A stretch of DNA of 64,000 nt from an uncultured Candidatus Saccharibacteria bacterium. GTDB taxonomy: Bacteria > Patescibacteriota > Doudnabacteria > UBA920. The stretch lies in assembly GCA_964532425.1 (NCBI GenBank), contig CAZHIA010000005.1, forward strand, positions 66,772 to 130,771, given 5' to 3'. Positions 28,552 to 38,371 of the stretch are shown here, in pieces (the stretch's first letter is position 1; each line of letters begins with the position of its first letter). The notes below the pieces were generated by a model that did not search any database, was not told where the DNA came from, and worked only from the letters and a program-made list of their open reading frames with translations. Position numbers and translations under genes: made by a program.

Positions 28552-28944
28552 TTATTCCTTTAACGATTGATTAAGATTATGCAACTGAGTCTTCACACTG
28601 GCATCAATGAGCGTATCATCAACTTTCACCACCACGCCACCCACTATACCTTCATCGATCTTAGTCTTGAATTCCGCTTTCCCCTGTACCACCTTGTTCA
28701 ATTCGTGGATAATGTTCGGATTAATCTCGCGCGCGAAGGTTACCTCCGCCTCCTTGATTCCTTGCCGCTTCAGCTGCAAAGACCGGTACGCAGCTTCAAT
28801 CTTGTCATGCAAACCGAGGTCACCGTTGGCTGCCAGGATGCGGACAAAGTTATCGAGAACCTTGCCATGGTCTTTCGGTGCCGTTTCGGAGATGGCATCC
28901 AGCAGGGCTTCGGCGTATTGGGTGGGAGTGAATTTGTTAGACAC
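28552..28944 (-). CDS. atpH: ATP synthase delta subunit (short form)
   Basis: QYAEAL, ID.GIVGGVVVKVDD.LIDASVK.QL; position in the operon; GTG start. Confidence 0.92.
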   Translation of the reverse strand: MSNKFTPTQYAEALLDAISETAPKDHGKVLDNFVRILAANGDLGLHDKIEAAYRSLQLKRQGIKEAEVTFAREINPNIIHELNKVVQGKAEFKTKIDEGIVGGVVVKVDDTLIDASVKTQLHNLNQSLKE

Positions 28945-28948
28945 AATC

Positions 28949-29027
28949 GTATTTCCATTGTATTTCTATTTATTTCCATTGTATTTCGAAATATGGCTGA
29001 AATACATTGAAATAAAATTGAAATACT
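28949..29027. repeat. 10/11-mer-armed inverted repeat between atpF and atpH
   Basis: GTATTTCCATT GTATTTCTATT TATTTCCATT GTATTTC ... GAAATACATT GAAATAAAATT GAAATAC. Confidence 0.85.
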
Positions 29028-29031
29028 GTTG

Positions 29032-29592
29032 TTAAATGCTCTTAAGAGACTCTTTGATCAGTGCCTCGTCCTTCTTGGCGTCCAGTTTCTGCCTCAGAAT
29101 TTTTTCCGCGGCCTGCGTCACCATGTCGGCAATTTCGGCTTTTGCGCTGGACAAGGCTTTGTCCTTTTCCTGTTTGATCTGCGTCGAAGCTTGCTCAACC
29201 ACCTTCTGTTGTTCTTCCTTGGTCTGGGCAATGGCCCGGTCTTTGGCGGCTCCCGCCTCTGATTGGGCTTTCGTGACGATCTCAGACGCCTGCAGACGCG
29301 CCTTACTCATTTCTTCTTCACGCCACTTGGAGAATTCCTGCTTTTCTTTCTCCACGCGTTCCGCGTCTTGCAGGGATTTTTCTATCCGCTGGGTGCGGGA
29401 TTGAAGGCCCTTCACCAGGCCGGGAAGGATGAGTTTCCAAAAAAGCAGCAATAAAACCGCAAAGTTGACCAACTGAGCAATGAACAACTTGCCGTTCAAG
29501 CCGAGCGTGGCAATGCCGCCCGAAGAAGCACTTTCTGCTGCCACCGCTTCGGATGCTGCATGGGCAACTGGAATAAGAAATTGTATATCCAT
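29032..29592 (-). CDS. atpF: ATP synthase Fo b subunit
   Basis: LG.N.KLFIAQLVNF..L, R..RIEKSL.DA, coiled coil, AAEKIL. Confidence 0.96.
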   Translation of the reverse strand: MDIQFLIPVAHAASEAVAAESASSGGIATLGLNGKLFIAQLVNFAVLLLLFWKLILPGLVKGLQSRTQRIEKSLQDAERVEKEKQEFSKWREEEMSKARLQASEIVTKAQSEAGAAKDRAIAQTKEEQQKVVEQASTQIKQEKDKALSSAKAEIADMVTQAAEKILRQKLDAKKDEALIKESLKSI

Positions 29593-29602
29593 AAGTGTGT
29601 TT

Positions 29603-29684
29603 GAAATACAATGGAAATATATTGAAATAAATGGAAATACAATTGTATATCTACCGTATTTCTACTTTATTTCTATTGTATTTC
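29603..29684. repeat. 10/11-mer-armed inverted repeat between atpE and atpF (same family, arm order reversed)
   Basis: GAAATACAATG GAAATATATT GAAATAAATG GAAATACAAT ... GTATTTCTACTTTATTTCTATTGTATTTC. Confidence 0.85.
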
Positions 29685-29747
29685 TGTCGTTAATCTTAAG
29701 TTGTAAATCCCGATAATCGTCACAATGACCATTATCGGTTCTAAAAC

Positions 29748-29993
<246 letters not shown>

Positions 29994-30049
29994 CTATTTG
30001 TGAGGGAGTTTAAAGTCCCGTTGAGCGAAAAAATAATTATTATGATGTC

Positions 30050-30117
30050 AACATTTGACACCTGACTTTTGACATTTGACCGAAAGGCCACATGTCAATG
30101 GTCAAAGGTTAAATGTT
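30050..30117. repeat. Empty heptamer-armed inverted repeat between atpB and atpE
   Basis: AACATTTGACACCTGACTTTTGACATTTGACC-GAAA-GGCCACATGTCAATGGTCAAAGGTTAAATGTT. Confidence 0.9.
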
Positions 30118-30126
30118 TGCAATTTG

Positions 30127-31032
30127 TCACACCGTGGGTGTTTCGTCAGTATCCGCGCGTAAGCCGGCAGTTTCCGCTTCCAGCCCGTGTTCGGTGGAAG
30201 CTTCGTGCCCGGCATCATGACCGTGCACTGGTTCGGTAGCCACACTCAAGTACACCAGGGTCAACATGGAAAAAACGGTGGCTTGAATGAAACCCACAAG
30301 CAACTCAAGAAGCATGAACGGGATGGGAATAAAGAAGGCTCCGTATCCGGCAATCAGGGAACCAAGCACGGTGAGCAGTACTTCCCCGGCAAATATATTC
30401 CCGAATAACCGCAAACTGAGGGAAACCATTTTGGCAATTTCAGAAAAAACTTCAATCAACCCGACAAAAAACTCAATAAAGGCTATCATCATATTCATCG
30501 GCTTCAGGCTGGCCACTGCATGCCAGAGATCGCCAACCTTAATGAACTTGTTGGCGTACTTAAAGAACCCGATAGTAACTATTCCTAAAATATGAGAGGC
30601 AATGACCGCAAATACCGCTATAGCTAGGGTCAGATTCAGGTCAGTGTTGGCAGGCCTCAGGAGCGGGATCAATTCGGCGTGTTCGCGAAGGCCGATAGAG
30701 CCCGTACCAGGCAGCAACCCCATCCAGTTGGAAATAAGAATGAAAAAGAAGATACTGCCCACAATAGGCAAGAACTTCAAGCTCTTTTTACGATCGCGGG
30801 TCACGCCGTCAATGTACCCGAGCACAAATTCCAAAAGTGATTCGGCAAAATTGACGATGCCGCGCGGAGCATTGTGTTCCGGCTTCTGTTTATTCAAGGC
30901 GGCTCGCAGAACCAAAGCAAAAACCGCGAAGATCACCAATCCTATCCAGGCATTGATCATGGAGTTGGTGACCGGAAGCGGTCCGAGCGTGAAAATATGT
31001 TCTGCAGCGAGTGGTGGTAAAGCGAGGAGCAT
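30127..31032 (-). CDS. atpB: ATP synthase Fo a subunit
   Basis: FFFILISNWMGLLPG, SLSLRLFGNIFAGE, IQATVF..LT..Y. Confidence 0.98.
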   Translation of the reverse strand: MLLALPPLAAEHIFTLGPLPVTNSMINAWIGLVIFAVFALVLRAALNKQKPEHNAPRGIVNFAESLLEFVLGYIDGVTRDRKKSLKFLPIVGSIFFFILISNWMGLLPGTGSIGLREHAELIPLLRPANTDLNLTLAIAVFAVIASHILGIVTIGFFKYANKFIKVGDLWHAVASLKPMNMMIAFIEFFVGLIEVFSEIAKMVSLSLRLFGNIFAGEVLLTVLGSLIAGYGAFFIPIPFMLLELLVGFIQATVFSMLTLVYLSVATEPVHGHDAGHEASTEHGLEAETAGLRADTDETPTV

Positions 31033-31063
31033 GTGAAGTGTTTGTCTATAAAAGCATTAATTT

Positions 31064-31354
31064 TTATGGCTGCTGAGAGGGCTTTTGACTGCGATCCTGC
31101 CTGTTTTTGACCAGCGCCTGGATCTCCAGGATTTTGCGATACACCCCCAGCGAACTGACGAACAATGCGACTAAAATTCCGATCAAAACAAAAAAGTGGT
31201 GGTTGTATTTCTGATCGAGCCACTTTCCTACGTAAATAAAGGCGACAAGCGGAAGCGCGATAATAACAGCAAATGAGATGCCTGCATCCACCAAGGCATA
31301 CTTCATCAGATGTTCCGCCGAATTTTTTACTTCGGGCTTTTCGTCTTTTTGCAT
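31064..31354 (-). CDS. AtpZ/AtpI family protein
   Basis: G.SFAV.IALP.V....GKWLD.KY two-TM pattern, first gene of the atp operon. Confidence 0.85.
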   Translation of the reverse strand: MQKDEKPEVKNSAEHLMKYALVDAGISFAVIIALPLVAFIYVGKWLDQKYNHHFFVLIGILVALFVSSLGVYRKILEIQALVKNRQDRSQKPSQQP

Positions 31355-31448
31355 TTTAACGCGTTAAATTTATAAAATTTTAGAGCTTTTGTCAAGACTC
31401 GTCGAATTGACTCCCCTTGACAAATTGCCGTATCTGCATTCGCTTCGG

Positions 31449-32012
31449 CTACACTGAGCCAAAAATTGCGGCTTTTAACTGACGTTTGCGTTCTGGGTGT
31501 ATCCTGGCCATCAAAACCTCCGCTAAAAATGGCCCGAAATAGCAGTGTGGACTGTCTGAGACCTTTAAAAAATCTTCATACTCAAGATATAAGACGGAAA
31601 TCTTCTCCCCCGCATCCAACTGCTGGGCAGAGACTTGCGTACAGTCGCTGGCCACAAAAAAATAGACCTTTTGAATAACCTTGCCGCTCGGGGAATACGT
31701 TTTCCAGAGTTTAATGCGCTTCGGCTTCAGCCCAGTTTCTTCCCGTAGCTCACGCAGGGCGGCTTTTTTTGGTGTTTCCCCTGCTTTATCCATCCGACCG
31801 CTCGGCAGATCGTAATACCACTCTTTGCGATCAGGCTGCTGCTGTTTCAGTAAAACGATTCTGTCACCGACCGTCGCAACAATAACCACGGTATCCTGCC
31901 GCTTGAGTTTTTCGAAGGTTTTAAAACTGCCGTCGTACATTTTTTGCTGCCAGTGGTAGACATCAAAAATAATACCTTTAAAGACCTTCTGTGCCGATTT
32001 TGGTATAGACAT
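31449..32012 (-). CDS. NUDIX hydrolase
   Basis: LPSGRMD..GETP..AALRELREETG. Start moved to ATG 32012. Confidence 0.93.
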   Translation of the reverse strand: MSIPKSAQKVFKGIIFDVYHWQQKMYDGSFKTFEKLKRQDTVVIVATVGDRIVLLKQQQPDRKEWYYDLPSGRMDKAGETPKKAALRELREETGLKPKRIKLWKTYSPSGKVIQKVYFFVASDCTQVSAQQLDAGEKISVLYLEYEDFLKVSDSPHCYFGPFLAEVLMARIHPERKRQLKAAIFGSV

Positions 32013-32140
32013 AAAAAAATTCCCCTCTGGGCTGAAGTTTAGCAAAACTCCTACCTTAGTATACACATAATTCTGATGTTTGTATATTATCCTGTATACC
32101 AAATGAGCCGCCCATTACGGGCGGCATCTAAGTTTGAATA

Positions 32141-32216
32141 TGGAGCCGGCTGTCGGACTTGAACCGACCACCTGCGGTTTACGATACCGCTGCTCTACCA
32201 GATGAGCTAAGCCGGC
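32141..32216 (-). tRNA. tRNA-Thr(CGT)
   Basis: GCCGGCTTAGCTCATCTGGTAGAGCA GCGGT AT CGT AA ACCGC ...GGTTCAAGTCC...GCCGGC TCCA. Confidence 0.96.
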
Positions 32217-32247
32217 ACAAACACCTTTAGGGCACTGATGTATTTTA

Positions 32248-33369
32248 TCAAATAAAATACTTTTTGATAAGGGGGTTGAGCCGGGTCACTATTTCGTAAT
32301 GGCTCGTGCCTGCAATATCAGCCAATTCAGAGGCGGTCACCGATTCTTTTCCCTGGGAACCGATCAATACCGTTTCGTCTCCTACTTTTACTTTCGGGAT
32401 GCCTGTCACGTCTACGACTGTCATATCCATAGCCACGCGCCCCAGTACTCTTGCCCGCTGGCCCCGAATGAGCACATGGGCCTTGCTCGAAAACGCACGC
32501 CAATAGCCGTGCCAATACCCAATAGGCAGAATTGCAATGGTAGTATCCCGCTGCAAGGTTTCCGTATAATCGTACCCAATGCGCTGTCCTTTTTTGACTT
32601 GCTTAATCTCTGACACTATGGTTTTCCAGGACAGAATCGGTTTGAGCGGATGCAAAACCTGCCAGGCAGCCTGCGTTTCTTCAGCCGGCCAAAGACCGTA
32701 CAGCGCAATACCGGCTCTGACCAAATCATAATGAGCACCGGGAAAATTGAATGTCCCCCCGCTGGCTCCGGCGTGAACGAGAGGACTAAATCCCGCCTGC
32801 CTGATTACAGCTATCGCCTGCTGTAACTGCTGTATCTGATCGAGCGTGTCAGCAGTATCCCGGGGGTCTTTTGCTACCGCAAAATGCGTAAAAATGCCCT
32901 CTACGCGGGTTTTTTTTGATTTTTTGAGCAATGATACGACTTTGACTAACTGGTCCGGATAAAAGCCTTGCCTATGCATGCCGCTATCGATCTTTACGTG
33001 GATTTTGAGCGCTTTTGTAATCCTCTCCAATGCTTTTAAATTTTCAAAACCGGATATGGTCAAACTGATATCAAACCGGGAAGCGAGCGAAAAATTTTCC
33101 GGTAGCGTATACCCCATGACCAAGATCGGTTTTTTGACACCATTGCTCCGGAGTGCGAGCGCCTCAGTGATCGAATCCACCCCAAGCCAATCAATGCCAA
33201 GGATGGACAATGCCTTGCCCATGCCAACCAGCTCATGTCCATATGCATTGGATTTGATAACCCCCAGCATTTTCGTGCCAGGGGCTAACAGGCTGCGAAT
33301 AGTTTTGTAATTGAAGGAAAGATTGGATTTAGAAATCTCGATCCAAGTTCTGAAGTGCTTGGTTTTCAT
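32248..33369 (-). CDS. alr: Alanine racemase
   Basis: VIKSNAYGH, HVKIDSGMHRQG, GIFTHFA, VRAGIALYG, GRVAMD. Confidence 0.97.
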   Translation of the reverse strand: MKTKHFRTWIEISKSNLSFNYKTIRSLLAPGTKMLGVIKSNAYGHELVGMGKALSILGIDWLGVDSITEALALRSNGVKKPILVMGYTLPENFSLASRFDISLTISGFENLKALERITKALKIHVKIDSGMHRQGFYPDQLVKVVSLLKKSKKTRVEGIFTHFAVAKDPRDTADTLDQIQQLQQAIAVIRQAGFSPLVHAGASGGTFNFPGAHYDLVRAGIALYGLWPAEETQAAWQVLHPLKPILSWKTIVSEIKQVKKGQRIGYDYTETLQRDTTIAILPIGYWHGYWRAFSSKAHVLIRGQRARVLGRVAMDMTVVDVTGIPKVKVGDETVLIGSQGKESVTASELADIAGTSHYEIVTRLNPLIKKYFI

Positions 33370-33386
33370 GGAGCGTGCATTTGTCT

Positions 33387-33415
33387 GTAGGGGCGGGTTT
33401 GGAACCCACCCCTAC
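33387..33415. repeat. GTAG-type REP-like palindrome
   Basis: GTAGGGGCGGGTTT-GG-AACCCACCCCTAC. Confidence 0.65.
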
Positions 33416-33435
33416 GTGTTTGTGAAAATATCTCT

Positions 33436-35520
33436 TTACTTAATCCCCTGCGGCGACAGCGTATGCAGTCCGGCCTGGTACCCACCAACCTCGCTACCCA
33501 GACAGAATGTCATGGCGTATTCCGACGTTTGCGAACGGGTGTATGTATACGTATTGTTATCGGCCGTACAACCTCCATCCGGCGGAGTGGGCGCTGTAGG
33601 AACCAAGCCTATATATGTCGGGGAAAGCTGCTGCAGATTTTCCGGGTATTGGCTCTTGTCGTTAAAGTACAGTTCAAGCGCGCTCGCCATTTGGCGCACA
33701 TCGGCCAACCGTTTGTAATCTCTGCTCTGCGACCTGCTTTCATTCATTTTTTTGAGTATATCGAGATACTCGGTCGGCGGTTTAAGCTCAACCTTGGTGC
33801 CGTAATTACTATAATCGGTATCAGCACGGAATTCCGCACTGAATTCCAATTTATCGATAAAATTCTGGATCTGCTGCCTCATCTCAGCATCAGCGTCCTG
33901 CTCCACGCCTCCTTGCCGCTCGCACTGTTCCGGCCTCCCCGGACACGGGACGGAAGACTGAATGCCGGCAGGCGTCAATTTTGCGATCCCTGCCCCATAC
34001 CCTCCAGTCGACGAACCGAGACAGAATGTCAGTTCATACGAGGAATAAACAGTTTTACCGTCAGTCGTCGTGGTTTTCTGACCATTTGGCACATACCAGT
34101 AGGAATTATAGTAATCCGTACACTTACCACTCGGCGCGGGAGACGTCGGAACTTTTCCAATATACATCGGCTCCAAGCCCACTGGCTTCCCCGAGCTGTC
34201 TACATCAGGATACCCGGAATGATCGTTAAAATACAGCTCAAGCGCGCTGGCCATTTGACGCACATCGGCCAACCGGGTCGCGTCAGCGGAGGATCCGAAG
34301 TTATCCAGTGAGTCGGCGTTCTTAACAAGCGAAACAACGGAAGGCGCATTTGTGACGAGATGCACTCGATACAATCGGAAGTCTTTTACGCCAACCCACG
34401 TATCGAACTCTTTCACTTCCACCTTATTGATCAGGCTGGCAAGGACGGCTTTCAGGGTGTTCATGTCCTGTTCGGTCACAGAGGAGTCCTTAGACCTGAC
34501 CTTCTCCGCAATCTTGTCGATATACTGGTCGGTTAATTTGGTCAAAGCCTGCTTATCGATCGTATTTTTAAAGTGCAGCGTGCTGGTCTGGTTTATTTTT
34601 TCTCTGCCGACATACTTGTCGACTTTTACAATGGTCGTGTCGTCCCACATTTTCTGCAGTTCCTGCTTAAAGGTGGGGTCAAACATTTCTTGCCAGGCCG
34701 CGGCATCGGATTTGGACTGCTCGTCCGCATTCTTGATGTCCTGCAGATTTATCTTGATCCAATCGTACTTTTTTCCGTCGCTGTCGCTTGAACTCGTCAA
34801 AGCCTGGAGCAACGGATTACTGCCGACATTGATGTATAGATTTTGATTGATCAGCTTAAACGACATGCCGGTTTTGAAACTGGTCATGCCACTGCCTTCA
34901 CCGCTGCTGAACTCATACTGAATATCAACGGATGATTCCGGATTGTTTTGGTCCGCAATGTTGGCATAGGCATCGCCGGTTACCCCGACTTTGATATTCT
35001 TGAAATTAAAGCCGAGTTCGTTCTTTTTATCATCCGGAAGCTGATTCGGATCGGTGTAGGAAACATTGAACTTGGTCTGGGTAATAGACTCTTTCGTCCC
35101 ATGGGCGAATTTGTCCCAAACTTTGGTCGGATTGTTGTAGGCGAATGTGTAATAGGCAAAAGCACCGCCACCGAGTATAACCAAAACAAGCACGGCTACA
35201 ATCGCCATAAGCAGCGTACTCCGCTTGCGCGGGACCTCTTCCTGGACCGGCTGCGCTGGCGTAGCTGCCGCTGCCGGTTGGACTTGCTGCACTGGGCTTA
35301 CAGCCTGAGCAGCGGCTGCGGGAGCAGGCTGGCTTGCTATCGGCTTTTGCTGGACACCACCTATTTTTGGCCACTTGCTCTCCACAAGCGAATCCTGCAG
35401 GAAACTCTCTTCCACGACCTTCGGATCCCAGCCTGCGGCGATCAGGTTCTTTTTAATTTCCGCATCCTGGAGGCCGTGCTCCTTGGCGGCCTTAATGTAA
35501 TTGATTATCTCAATTTCCAT
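33436..35520 (-). CDS. Membrane-anchored surface protein with two pilin/GspG-like domains
   Basis: N-terminal YI......G.....I...L..AGW domain, P/A/Q linker, one TM, beta-rich central domain, two copies of RLADVRQMASALELYFND..YP...Y...FCLG...G. Confidence 0.8.
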   Translation of the reverse strand: MEIEIINYIKAAKEHGLQDAEIKKNLIAAGWDPKVVEESFLQDSLVESKWPKIGGVQQKPIASQPAPAAAAQAVSPVQQVQPAAAATPAQPVQEEVPRKRSTLLMAIVAVLVLVILGGGAFAYYTFAYNNPTKVWDKFAHGTKESITQTKFNVSYTDPNQLPDDKKNELGFNFKNIKVGVTGDAYANIADQNNPESSVDIQYEFSSGEGSGMTSFKTGMSFKLINQNLYINVGSNPLLQALTSSSDSDGKKYDWIKINLQDIKNADEQSKSDAAAWQEMFDPTFKQELQKMWDDTTIVKVDKYVGREKINQTSTLHFKNTIDKQALTKLTDQYIDKIAEKVRSKDSSVTEQDMNTLKAVLASLINKVEVKEFDTWVGVKDFRLYRVHLVTNAPSVVSLVKNADSLDNFGSSADATRLADVRQMASALELYFNDHSGYPDVDSSGKPVGLEPMYIGKVPTSPAPSGKCTDYYNSYWYVPNGQKTTTTDGKTVYSSYELTFCLGSSTGGYGAGIAKLTPAGIQSSVPCPGRPEQCERQGGVEQDADAEMRQQIQNFIDKLEFSAEFRADTDYSNYGTKVELKPPTEYLDILKKMNESRSQSRDYKRLADVRQMASALELYFNDKSQYPENLQQLSPTYIGLVPTAPTPPDGGCTADNNTYTYTRSQTSEYAMTFCLGSEVGGYQAGLHTLSPQGIK

Positions 35521-35544
35521 ATACGTGCATAATTATTTTGTTTT

Positions 35545-36435
35545 TTAAATTTTTACGAAAATATGGGTTTTGTAATTTTGCCTCTGCTGTTCGAACCATT
35601 TGGAAAAATCGGAGGTTTTCACGAAGATTTGCTTTATGTGCAGGCGCGTGCCTCCGTCCATTCCCCCATTGTCATGGCCGGCTACTTTGACCAGATGCAG
35701 GCCGTACCGGCTGGAGATTAATTTCACTTCACCGTCGCTTGTTCCGTCAAGTTGTTCCTTGAATTCAGGGAGAAGTTCCTGGATATCCAAAAAACCTAAA
35801 TCCCCTTCCAGCTGCTTACTGGCGGTGTCTTCGCTCTGCTGGTTCGCTAGGGTTTCGAATGAAGTTCCTGCCTGGAGACTTTGCTGCAGGGATGCAACTT
35901 TTTTATATGCCTGATCATTGAGCATCTGCTGCCGATTGAACCATAAGTTTAAGTCCAGCCAGAGCTGCTGCGGTCTCATGATGTTATTCTTGAACTCGGC
36001 CTTCGTAAGACCGTTCTGATCCAGGAAAGACTGAAATCCGTTCGGCTCCCGGGCATTCATCTGCCTTTCGGCTTCCGCAGCTCCGGTTTCTATTTCACGG
36101 TTGGAGACCGATACTCCGTGCCTGGCCGCAACCAGTGAAACTTCCTGCTCGCGGACCAGTTGACGGAATATCTGTTCTTTGGCATTCGCCATATTAAAAT
36201 CGGCACGGCCGGAATACACACGTTCAGCTACGGTTAACCGCTGGTAAAAATCGCGTGTCTTAATGAACTTACCCCCAACTTCCGCGAGCGGATACGGGAT
36301 AGCGTGCAAGATCGATTCTTTTAGCTGGCCTGCTGGCGCATATCGAAGCCAGGCTACCCCCAGCAGCATGAGTACAAGCACAGTAAAAAGGCTGGCGAAA
36401 AAAATTTTTAATACTGCGCGGCGTTTCTTATGCAT
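35545..36435 (-). CDS. SurA/PrsA-type peptidyl-prolyl isomerase
   Basis: N-terminal TM, F..LA.Q.SED, GDLGF.....L.PEF, S.YG.HLVKV. Confidence 0.9.
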   Translation of the reverse strand: MHKKRRAVLKIFFASLFTVLVLMLLGVAWLRYAPAGQLKESILHAIPYPLAEVGGKFIKTRDFYQRLTVAERVYSGRADFNMANAKEQIFRQLVREQEVSLVAARHGVSVSNREIETGAAEAERQMNAREPNGFQSFLDQNGLTKAEFKNNIMRPQQLWLDLNLWFNRQQMLNDQAYKKVASLQQSLQAGTSFETLANQQSEDTASKQLEGDLGFLDIQELLPEFKEQLDGTSDGEVKLISSRYGLHLVKVAGHDNGGMDGGTRLHIKQIFVKTSDFSKWFEQQRQNYKTHIFVKI

Positions 36436-36436
36436 G

Positions 36437-36811
36437 TTAATGTGAATTTAGAAAATAGTCCCACCATTTCCGGGCATTGTTCGGTTTGCCTGAGGTAGTT
36501 TGGGCCTGGACTGCCGGCTGGGAGACGCCACTGTCCGAAAAGCTGTATACCAACTCGCCATCCTTTTTTAAGTTTAATTGCTGACGTGCCACGCGTTCAC
36601 GAAAACTGTCGGAATTGAAGTATGAGATGGATTCGCTCAATTCCCGGTTCTTCTGTTCAAGCGCGGCGGCTTGTTGTGCTAGGGTATTTTTTTCCGCTTC
36701 GATTGCTTTTTGCTGGCGGTATTGCCTGAATTTAAGATTTCCAAAAAATACCAGAAGCCCCACCATGAGAATGACCGCTATTTTGGATGAAGCAAACCCC
36801 GCTATTTTCAT
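36437..36811 (-). CDS. Septum formation initiator (FtsB/DivIC family)
   Basis: TM plus coiled coil plus ER.AR.QLNLKK.GE.VY. Confidence 0.88.
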   Translation of the reverse strand: MKIAGFASSKIAVILMVGLLVFFGNLKFRQYRQQKAIEAEKNTLAQQAAALEQKNRELSESISYFNSDSFRERVARQQLNLKKDGELVYSFSDSGVSQPAVQAQTTSGKPNNARKWWDYFLNSH

Positions 36812-36821
36812 AATCTTTGAT

Positions 36822-37505
36822 TTACACTATTTTGCGTTTCTGCTGAAATTTGCCTGCCTGTTTTTCCGGTGGCCAAAGGTTGTCTGCCATTTTTTTGAGC
36901 GTATGCACATCGCGCGGACTGGCCTGCTTTTTTTCGGCATCCAGACGACCACCTGGGGCGTGCCGCCTGGGAACTTCCGTTTGTGTTGTGGGCTTTTGTT
37001 CCGATGAAGACTCGGGCGTTTCGCCGATTTGATGGCGGCCGACAAGTTGCTGTAGGAATCCGTTCAATTCTTCGGGATTACGGACGTCCTCCAAACTTAT
37101 GAATTGATGCACGCCTCTCACATACACATCCACACATCCATAATGCAGCAGGGATGATAACAAACCGCGTGTCCTATACTGTAAATGGCTGATATTCTCC
37201 AAAGGAATATCGCTTACTGTTTTTTGGAATATCGTTCGGTAATTTACCTTTATGATCCTGCGATCGGTAATCACAAGGGCGTTCAATAGCCATAAGACAT
37301 ATCGATTAATCCCATAGAGCAGCACTGCGACAGTCCAGGCTAAAAGCGCGAGCCGCCATTCATACAGCATGTCATTCGTCAGCAGCAGCCATACTGGCAC
37401 ATACAACGCTACACAAATGGCCAGGACTGGTTTTAATAGCATCCATTCGGTCGTACGCTGAAGCCGCAGGGGCTTTTCGTCCTGGTGGAGTGTAAACGTG
37501 AACAT
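36822..37505 (-). CDS. Membrane protein with bacterial PH domain
   Basis: Two TMs, VITDRRII, IPLENI, LHYG.V.V, V.NP. Confidence 0.82.
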   Translation of the reverse strand: MFTFTLHQDEKPLRLQRTTEWMLLKPVLAICVALYVPVWLLLTNDMLYEWRLALLAWTVAVLLYGINRYVLWLLNALVITDRRIIKVNYRTIFQKTVSDIPLENISHLQYRTRGLLSSLLHYGCVDVYVRGVHQFISLEDVRNPEELNGFLQQLVGRHQIGETPESSSEQKPTTQTEVPRRHAPGGRLDAEKKQASPRDVHTLKKMADNLWPPEKQAGKFQQKRKIV

Positions 37506-37515
37506 GGCCCGATAG

Positions 37516-37620
37516 CTACCTTAAGAATGAGCCGCCGAATAAGGCGATTACCATAGACAAGACCACGACAACCATAACAACGACCATGATCTTTTCTAAA
37601 CGTTTGCGATTTCTAAACAT
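37516..37620 (-). CDS. 34-aa single-TM membrane peptide
   Basis: MFRNRKRLEKIMVVVMVVVVLSMVIALFGGSFLR; heads the PH-FtsB-SurA run; below the ORF-track cutoff. Confidence 0.65.
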   Translation of the reverse strand: MFRNRKRLEKIMVVVMVVVVLSMVIALFGGSFLR

Positions 37621-37680
37621 ATATATATATTGTACCATAAATAGAGCCCCGGCGTGAAAAACGCCAGGGCTGGGATGATT

Positions 37681-38280
37681 TCATGCGATCGTACGGGCCT
37701 TTGACTGCCGTTTATAGGCCCGGCTGAGCTGGTCCAATTCCGGCAGGATGCGCGGATCTTTAATCTGCTGGCGGGCAGCAAGTAGTATGTTTTCAAAGGA
37801 ACCGTCGAGTTCTCCTCGCTGGTAGTGGGTATATGCTTGGTAGCACAAATCAAGCTCGTGGAGCTGGCGCAACAGCAGCACCGCTTCATCCTTTCCTTTG
37901 GCATACTGACGCCATAACCGCCGGATAAACTTGCCGTCCTCGCCGGAGCGGTCCCGAATCATTTGAATAGAAAGCTTCTTGCGATGCTCGTATTCAGAAC
38001 GGAACAAGTTATTGGTAAGCGGCTGGCCTGAAACGGCCTTATGGTCGTCATGGACCAGGGCTAGCTGAATGAGCCTCAACTGGACCGATTCTTTGAGTTT
38101 GTGACGCTGGCCAAATAACATGGCCAGGTGCGACAGACTGAAACTGTGTTCAGCCACGCTCTGCATCGTCAGTTGCTTGGCATTACTTTCGCTATTAACC
38201 GGGATCCGACAGTGCCTCACCCGTTTCAGCGAATCAATAAAATGCATTGCTCCAACTGTGGGTGGAGTATTTGATCGCAC
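37681..38280 (-). CDS. Divergent HD-domain protein (YfbR/HDDC2-like)
   Basis: LKRV.H, QSVAEHSF, LALVHD, LW.QY; GAGGAGG SD before GTG. Confidence 0.75.
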   Translation of the reverse strand: MRSNTPPTVGAMHFIDSLKRVRHCRIPVNSESNAKQLTMQSVAEHSFSLSHLAMLFGQRHKLKESVQLRLIQLALVHDDHKAVSGQPLTNNLFRSEYEHRKKLSIQMIRDRSGEDGKFIRRLWRQYAKGKDEAVLLLRQLHELDLCYQAYTHYQRGELDGSFENILLAARQQIKDPRILPELDQLSRAYKRQSKARTIA

Positions 38281-38371
38281 TCTTCCTCCTCAACTGTTCG
38301 TGCGGTACCTTTTAGTACGCCATAACACTATTGTAACTGCTTTAGCAGCACTCGGCAAACGCGCCTGATCA

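Noticed and set aside
33661-34275. 51-nt near-identical repeat as a DGR template/variable region pair
   Set aside because: All four differences are synonymous third positions and not adenine-specific, both copies are in one CDS, and no reverse transcriptase is in the window.
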